Shown piece by piece: positions 26,196-32,000 of a stretch of 32,000 bases of DNA. The stretch comes from Candidatus Kuenenia stuttgartensis (GTDB taxonomy: Bacteria > Planctomycetota > Brocadiia > Brocadiales > Brocadiaceae). Position 1 is the first letter of the stretch. Each line of letters opens with the position of its first letter. The position numbers and the translations under genes were made by a program. Location of the stretch: contig NZ_LT934425.1 of assembly GCF_900232105.1 (NCBI RefSeq), forward strand, positions 4,374,154-4,406,153. Reading direction: 5' to 3'. The notes below the pieces were generated by a model. The model ran no database searches. It was given only the letters and a program-made list of their open reading frames with translations, and was not told the DNA's origin.

Positions 26196-26869
26196 TCATT
26201 ATTGACGGCTATAATCTTATCTTTTCCGTGCCGGAATTGGAAAAACATGTGGAAAGGAATTTTATTGAAGCGGTGCGCGATTATGTAATATCCTTCCTCT
26301 CACAATACCGGCAGGAAAAGCACTACGATATAATCGTTGTATTTGATGGCACCTATTCAGAAACAAGCTTACCGAGAAGACTGGTTTCCGGGGGGATAAA
26401 AATAATTTATTCCAAAACGGGCGTCAAAGCGGACACCGAAATCATGAACATTGCCAGCCATGTGAAAAATCCGAAAGACGTATGTATTGTAACCTACGAT
26501 AATGAAATAAAAAGACATGTTAAAAAATGCGGCTGCCGGATTTTGGACCCAAAATCACTGTACAGAGAAATCTACGATGTACTCTTTAAAGAGAATAACC
26601 AAAAACCCTCAGAACCTGAAAGTAAATGGAAAGGACCTACAGAAGGTGACGCTAAATCGTGGGAAGGCGTTTTTAAGGAAGTCACCCGTGAAGAGGTCGA
26701 TTTCCACATAAAAAAAACCGGTTTGGCAAACATAAAGAAAAAACAGGTGCAAGTAACATTTGAAAACACCTGTAAAAATGAACATCAGGAAGACTCTCTC
26801 CCTGACAATAATACACAATACTGGATTCGCCTCTTTGAAGGATTAGAAAACAATGACCAAAAAAATTAA
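26189..26869 (+). CDS. NYN domain protein (YacP-like predicted RNase)
   Basis: MLIIIDGYNLIFSVPEL, DIIVVFDGTYSE, GIKIIYSKTGVKADTEIMNIA, DVCIVTYDNEIKRHVKKCGCRI. Confidence 0.88.
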   Translation: MLIIIDGYNLIFSVPELEKHVERNFIEAVRDYVISFLSQYRQEKHYDIIVVFDGTYSETSLPRRLVSGGIKIIYSKTGVKADTEIMNIASHVKNPKDVCIVTYDNEIKRHVKKCGCRILDPKSLYREIYDVLFKENNQKPSEPESKWKGPTEGDAKSWEGVFKEVTREEVDFHIKKTGLANIKKKQVQVTFENTCKNEHQEDSLPDNNTQYWIRLFEGLENNDQKN

Positions 26870-27257
26870 GATTCACTGGGGTATAAAATGTGCACTGGCA
26901 TTTGGGTATGCATACGGCATTTATGTAGCATCATCCACAGATACCTCTTCAGTCTCCTTGCCAAACCATATCGACAAACTTATCCATTTTGTTGAATATG
27001 GGATATTATGTTTGTTCGTCTGCTGGGTTGTTTCTTCCTTTCAAATCAAATCCGCGAAGATGTTTTATCTGTTAGCCTTCGGTATAACCTCATTGTATGG
27101 TATGTTCGATGAATTCCACCAGTCATTCATCCCCCATCGTTCCGCGGATGTACTCGACTGGCTGGCGGACACTGCCGGTGCGGCTACGGCATGTTTTCTA
27201 TGGCATGTTTTTATCCGTAAAAATAAGGCCAGCAACCGCTTATTGACAGACAGATAA
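26853..27257 (+). CDS. VanZ family protein
   Basis: LPNHIDKLIHFVEYGILCLFVCWV, YGMFDEFHQSFIPHRSADVLDWLADTAGA. Confidence 0.88.
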   Translation: MTKKIKIHWGIKCALAFGYAYGIYVASSTDTSSVSLPNHIDKLIHFVEYGILCLFVCWVVSSFQIKSAKMFYLLAFGITSLYGMFDEFHQSFIPHRSADVLDWLADTAGAATACFLWHVFIRKNKASNRLLTDR

Positions 27258-27263
27258 TAGCCT

Positions 27264-27343
27264 TTAGTACCTTATCAGTAATTTCTTTGCACACTTCCAT
27301 TCGTCAGTGCGTGCTTTTTGGCAAAATATTTAATGGTGAAATA
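27264..27343. repeat. Dispersed repeat, copy 2 (intergenic, after the VanZ gene)
   Basis: Nearly identical to 3237-3324 (see copy 1). Confidence 0.85.
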
Positions 27344-27431
27344 CGAATATTTAATTTTTTTATCTGTGCAATTTATGTAATCTGTTGTTCCGCCTTTCGT
27401 AATTTTTTCCAGGATTTCGCGAGTTTTTTCA

Positions 27432-29462
27432 ATGAACGCCAGGTATTTAAAGTTTGTTTCTCCTGCCATCCTCATTTTTCTATCGGGATTTTTGTATCTC
27501 AACTCATTGCATAACGATTTTGTTTATGACGACGCATACATCATCAAGGAAAACCACTTCATTACCTCACTAAAAAATTTCCCTAAATTATTCCATAAAG
27601 ATTATTTTTATGTTTCCGGAGAACTCAGTTACCGCCCTATCGTCACCATAACTTATTTTATTGACCATGCATTGTGGAATCTTAAACCCTTTGGCTATCA
27701 TTTAACCAATACGGTACTCCACACCATCAACGTATTCCTATTTTTCCTCTTTACTAAATGTATTTTCAAGAACCTTCGGCAGGCTTTCATCGCTACGCTG
27801 TTCTATCTATCGCATCCTCTGTTAACGGAGACGGTTAATGCAATTTGTTACCGGGAAGATATACTTGTTTCAATTTTTTTCCTTTTAGCGTTTATTTTAT
27901 TCCTGAAAACAAAAAACCACAGGCAAAGCCACACAAATAGCCACTTTACCCTTTGTTATTTTCTCTCTTGTCTCGCATACCTCATCGCCCTTTTTTCAAA
28001 AGAAATGGCGATTACATTCCCAATCCTTATTGTAATCTTCGATCTTTTGTTTTTATCTCAAAACGAAAAAAAATCTGATTCCTTAGCCCCTCTTGCAAAA
28101 AAAGTTGCTCGTTTCATGCTCTTTTACAGCGGATATATTTTTGTTACAGGTGTCTATATCTTTCTGAGATTTTTTGCCCTCAGTAATAACTTAAAAACGA
28201 TAGAAATCTATCCAACAAATATTGCCACCATGACAAAGGTAGTGGCATATTATCTAAAACTTATTTTTTTACCTGTCCCCCTTAACGCGGATTATTACGT
28301 ACCAGGGCATTTATCTTTTACGTTATCGTTATTTGTGGCTGCCTTGCTGATTACGTGTTTCGTTGTTATTTTTGTACGTTTCTTACGAAGGAATAGATAT
28401 GTCATTTTTTTTATTTTATGGTTCTTTATCACACTTTTGCCGGTGCTTGGCATTATCCCCATCGGCAACATTATGGCGGAAAGGTATTTGTATGTGCCGA
28501 TAATCGGCCTTTGTTGCACAATAAGCTATTCCTTTTTGAATAGAAAATTGTCTTATCCTATTGTTGTTGTTTTTGGCGTTATTCTGCTCTGTTTTCAAAT
28601 TGGAGTGATACACAGAAACCGTATCTGGCGTAACGACGCTACACTATGGTTTAACACATTTCAAAGAGAACCGAAAAGCGCCAGGGCATGCGGCAACCTG
28701 GGCAATGCATACTTTAATAACCTGCGGTATGAGGAAGCAATCAAAATGTACCGGCAGGCGCTTGCCCTGGAACACAGCTATCCATTTATCCATTTTAATC
28801 TGGGGGCGGCTTATGAGAAAATTAGCCTTGTTGACAAGGCAATAGAAGAATATAAAGCGTCCATCTCAAATCTTAACGATAATACGCTTGCATACAACAA
28901 TATTGCTATGATCTATGATAAACGAGGACGCCATGATTTGGCTGTCGAAACCTATCTCCTTGCATTAAAAGATAATCCCTATGTACCTTTCGTACACAAC
29001 AATCTTGGGAATACCTATGAATACACCGGCAACAAGGAAAAGGCACTCGCTGAATACAGGGAAGCGGTAAAACTCGATAACAATTATGCGGACGCCCATA
29101 ATAATATGGGCGCTGTTTATCTGAAAAGCGGAAACGTTGATATGGCCATTCGTGAATTTGAAAAAGCCATTTATTCAAAACAAGGGCATGTTGATGCGCA
29201 TTACAATCTGGGAATTGCGTATGCGTCAAAAGGCCTTTTTAAAGAGGCGTCGGAAGAACTAAAACTTTCCCTTCAATATAATCCAAACGACTATTCCGTA
29301 TACAGGGACCTGGGCGTATTATATTATCAGCACTTTAAAGATATCGATACGTCCCTTTATTATTTAAATGAATCAATCCGCCTGGCGCCGAATCTCGCAG
29401 AAAAAGAAAAGGTCGGCAATATAATAAAATCAATTATGACAGCAACTATTGACGCCCCTTAA
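27432..29462 (+). CDS. Polytopic membrane protein with C-terminal TPR repeats (TMTC-like glycosyltransferase architecture)
   Basis: FVYDDAYIIKENHFITSLKNFP...YRPIVTITYFIDHALWNLKPFGYHLTNTVLHTINVFLFF, then successive TPRs from ARACGNLGNAYFNNLRYEEAIKMYRQAL. Confidence 0.85.
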   Translation: MNARYLKFVSPAILIFLSGFLYLNSLHNDFVYDDAYIIKENHFITSLKNFPKLFHKDYFYVSGELSYRPIVTITYFIDHALWNLKPFGYHLTNTVLHTINVFLFFLFTKCIFKNLRQAFIATLFYLSHPLLTETVNAICYREDILVSIFFLLAFILFLKTKNHRQSHTNSHFTLCYFLSCLAYLIALFSKEMAITFPILIVIFDLLFLSQNEKKSDSLAPLAKKVARFMLFYSGYIFVTGVYIFLRFFALSNNLKTIEIYPTNIATMTKVVAYYLKLIFLPVPLNADYYVPGHLSFTLSLFVAALLITCFVVIFVRFLRRNRYVIFFILWFFITLLPVLGIIPIGNIMAERYLYVPIIGLCCTISYSFLNRKLSYPIVVVFGVILLCFQIGVIHRNRIWRNDATLWFNTFQREPKSARACGNLGNAYFNNLRYEEAIKMYRQALALEHSYPFIHFNLGAAYEKISLVDKAIEEYKASISNLNDNTLAYNNIAMIYDKRGRHDLAVETYLLALKDNPYVPFVHNNLGNTYEYTGNKEKALAEYREAVKLDNNYADAHNNMGAVYLKSGNVDMAIREFEKAIYSKQGHVDAHYNLGIAYASKGLFKEASEELKLSLQYNPNDYSVYRDLGVLYYQHFKDIDTSLYYLNESIRLAPNLAEKEKVGNIIKSIMTATIDAP

Positions 29463-30601
29463 ATCAAAACCAGGTTGTCCCGATGAATAACCTCATCATA
29501 GGATTTATAGCCCAGAATCTTGTGAATCGAAGAGGCGCGGCATCCCTTGATTTTTTCTATCTCCTCAGAAGAATAATTGGTTAATCCTCTCGCAAAAACG
29601 CCATCATTTTCACCTTTACAAATCGAAACAATATCTCCTTTCTCAAAACCGCCTTCAATCGAAACAATGCCGGATGCAAGAAGGCTCTTCCCCTTCTTCG
29701 ACAGGGCAGAACAGGCGCCTTCATCAACGAATACAACGCCTTTCGATTTCTTTGAATACCCTATCCATCGCTTTCGGCTTGTCAGTTTTTCATTTTTTGG
29801 AAGAAACAACGTCCCGATATCCTCATACTGAAAAATCTTTAGCAACACATTTTCATGTCGCCCGTTGGCAATAATCACTTTTTCACCGGCATTCGTCACA
29901 ATTGATGCAGCTTCCAACTTGGTACGCATCCCCCCCACCCCTCTCAACGTCTTGGAATTGTAAGCCATTTGTTTGGTTTTATGAGTAATGTGTTCCACTA
30001 CAGGGATAACATGCGCCCGGCTTTCTCCTTCGGGTTGTTTGTCATACAACCCATCAACTGAAGAGAGAATAACCAGCAGGTCTGCGTCAATAAGATTAGT
30101 TACTAATGCGGACAATTCGTCATTATCGCCAAAGGCAATTTCATCGGTCGAAATAGTATCATTCTCGTTTACTACAGGAATCGCATTCATTCGGAATAAT
30201 GTATGGATGGTATTGCATGTATTTAAATATCTTTTCCTGTTTTCAAAATCTTCCCGTGTAAATAAGATTTGTGCCGCATGATATCCATGCGATTTAAAAA
30301 AACTATCATACGTGCTTATTAATTTGCTTTGGCCAATGGACGCAACCGCCTGCAGCTCAGGAAGCGTACCGGGTCTCTTTTGCAACCCCAACTCGCCCAT
30401 ACCGCATCCGATTGCGCCGGAACTTACCACCGTTACATTAAAATTTCTTCTTTTTAACTCTATGACCTGTTCGGCTAACCCTTTTATCTGTTTATTGTCC
30501 AAATATCCCGCATTGTCAGTTATCACGCCGGTGCCTATTTTAATAACAATCTTTTTTGTGTCTTTTATGTATTCGTACCGTATGTCTGATATTTCTTTCA
30601 C
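29459..30601 (-). CDS. proB: Glutamate 5-kinase with C-terminal PUA domain
   Basis: KKIVIKIGTGVITD, VTVVSSGAIGCGMGELGL, PVVNENDTISTDEIAFGDNDELSALVTNLIDADLLVILSSVDGLYD, GVGGMRTKLEAA. Confidence 0.96.
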   Translation of the reverse strand: MKEISDIRYEYIKDTKKIVIKIGTGVITDNAGYLDNKQIKGLAEQVIELKRRNFNVTVVSSGAIGCGMGELGLQKRPGTLPELQAVASIGQSKLISTYDSFFKSHGYHAAQILFTREDFENRKRYLNTCNTIHTLFRMNAIPVVNENDTISTDEIAFGDNDELSALVTNLIDADLLVILSSVDGLYDKQPEGESRAHVIPVVEHITHKTKQMAYNSKTLRGVGGMRTKLEAASIVTNAGEKVIIANGRHENVLLKIFQYEDIGTLFLPKNEKLTSRKRWIGYSKKSKGVVFVDEGACSALSKKGKSLLASGIVSIEGGFEKGDIVSICKGENDGVFARGLTNYSSEEIEKIKGCRASSIHKILGYKSYDEVIHRDNLVLI

Positions 30602-30650
30602 AATATTTCCCGTGACGATTTAGATTTTTCGAAAGTTTTTCACCGGATCT

Positions 30651-32000
30651 TCACTTTTTTGCCTTTTTAATTTTTTCCATAAGTATATCGAGGAACGATT
30701 TAAACTGGTCATCTTTTTTCAATTCTTCGTTTATTTTTTTTATCGCAAATATCACTGTCGTATGTTTCTTGTTGCCAAAATAATTCCCTATTTGCTGATA
30801 CGACCAATCCAACTGATTTTTTATTAAATACATGCATATCTGACGCGGAAACGATACCGTCTTCGCCTTCCGGCTCGAATGAAGGTCACTGCGGCTTATG
30901 TTAAAATGCCGCAACACCGCACCCTCTATCTCCTCCACCTTCACTACCTTGTCGTCGCCGTAAAAGAACTCCTTCAACACATCTTTGACAAACGCAATGT
31001 CTATCTTCCTGTCATTAAACCTGGCATGTGCCGTCAACGTCACCAAGGCGCTCTCCACCTCTCTTACACTATCATCAAACTTCTCCGCAATATACTCCAG
31101 CGCCTCCTCCGGAAAATACACATCGTACTTCGACGCCTTCGTCCTTAATATCAACAACCTCGTCGCATACTCCGGCCTCTCTATACGCGCCACCATCCCT
31201 GACATAAACCGGCTCGCCAAATTCTCCTTCAACTGGCTTATCTGCTTCGGATGGGCATCGCTCGCAAATATTATCCGCTTTGACGAATCATACAACGCAT
31301 TAAACGTATGCAAAAACTCCTCCTGCACTCCCTGCTTGTTGGATAAAAAATGAACGTCATCTATCAGAAATACGTCCACATTCCTGTATCTCTGCCTAAA
31401 TGACTCCATCTTCCCTTTCTGCAATGCATAGATAAACTCATTCGTCCACTTCTCCGCAGACATATACACCGCATTCACCGTCTGCTCTTTCCTGACCCGA
31501 TTCCATATCCCCACAAGCAGATGTGTCTTCCCCACCCCTACATTCCCATGAATAAAAAGGGGATTAAAGGGCGGATACTCCTCCTTTATCATTTCAAGGG
31601 CCGCCGTATATGCAAGCCGGTTATTGGGGCCTATCACAAAATCCTCCAGCAACAAACCCTTGTTTAACCCCAGTGCTTTCCTCCCCGTATACGCACCCTT
31701 CTCATCAACAACATCAGGCTTTTCCGGCAATACGATCTCTTTCTCCTGCTTGTTGTCCAGTATAAACCGTACATCAAGGTCGCTCCTCTTCAGAAACCGC
31801 CCTATGTCCTCTTTCAACAAACCGGAAAAATTCTCCTGCAGCCACATCTGGGTAAATACGTTAGGAACGGCAATGCTTGCGTAAGCATCACCTATTGACT
31901 CAAGACGGGTATTTTTGAACCACAGATTGAATCGTAATGGGCCTAATTTCTCTCTGACATTCTCAAGAATATCATCCCATATTTTTGAACAAGGTTCCAT
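30651..32000 (-). CDS. dnaA: Chromosomal replication initiator DnaA (start codon is at the window edge)
   Basis: NPLFIHGNVGVGKTHLL, VDVFLIDDVHFLSNKQGVQEEFLHTFNAL, LASRFMSGMVARI, C-terminal SYQQIGNYFGNKKHTTVIFAIKKI. Confidence 0.97.
   Translation of the reverse strand: MEPCSKIWDDILENVREKLGPLRFNLWFKNTRLESIGDAYASIAVPNVFTQMWLQENFSGLLKEDIGRFLKRSDLDVRFILDNKQEKEIVLPEKPDVVDEKGAYTGRKALGLNKGLLLEDFVIGPNNRLAYTAALEMIKEEYPPFNPLFIHGNVGVGKTHLLVGIWNRVRKEQTVNAVYMSAEKWTNEFIYALQKGKMESFRQRYRNVDVFLIDDVHFLSNKQGVQEEFLHTFNALYDSSKRIIFASDAHPKQISQLKENLASRFMSGMVARIERPEYATRLLILRTKASKYDVYFPEEALEYIAEKFDDSVREVESALVTLTAHARFNDRKIDIAFVKDVLKEFFYGDDKVVKVEEIEGAVLRHFNISRSDLHSSRKAKTVSFPRQICMYLIKNQLDWSYQQIGNYFGNKKHTTVIFAIKKINEELKKDDQFKSFLDILMEKIKKAKK

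Noticed and set aside
30600-32000. Possible oriC beside dnaA
   Set aside because: No cluster of TTATCCACA-type boxes seen in the short proB-dnaA gap; the sequence upstream of dnaA lies outside the window.

Overview
This 32 kb window looks like a chromosomal segment from a planctomycete-like bacterium; an anammox (Brocadiales) origin is only my guess. Housekeeping genes lie on both sides: an aquaporin fragment, nth, lipA, thiD, an HNH nuclease gene, lpxK, a ferredoxin, a DHS-like gene and an HhH-GPD gene on the left; pyrC, NYN/YacP, VanZ, a TPR membrane protein, proB and dnaA on the right. Between them (about 7.5-24.0 kb) is an accessory region with two notable parts. (1) About 7.5-12.9 kb: two tandem integron remnants. 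Each has a truncated, frameshifted IntI N-terminal fragment on the + strand (10204-10568 and about 12546-12870) and cassette-like genes reading away on the - strand. These carry attC-like imperfect palindromes, a DUF4258/DUF2283-like pair, a HigBA toxin-antitoxin pair and a possible PD-(D/E)XK-like protein. (2) About 13.6-24.0 kb: a - strand cluster resembling the transmissible locus of stress tolerance (LHR/tLST) of Proteobacteria. It contains three Hsp20 genes, yfdX, a DegP/HtrA gene, an S10 carboxypeptidase gene, a ClpG/ClpK-like disaggregase remnant and hdeD. Several members are decaying: an IS1380-like element (16286-17855, 16-bp TIRs, 5-bp direct repeats) splits the S10 gene, a 171-bp MITE-like element (20767-20937, perfect 16-bp TIRs, 6-bp direct repeats) interrupts degP, and clpG has an internal deletion and several frameshifts. 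An approximately 80-bp dispersed repeat (3237-3324 and 27264-27343) and a perfect 50-bp palindrome (12385-12434) are unexplained.
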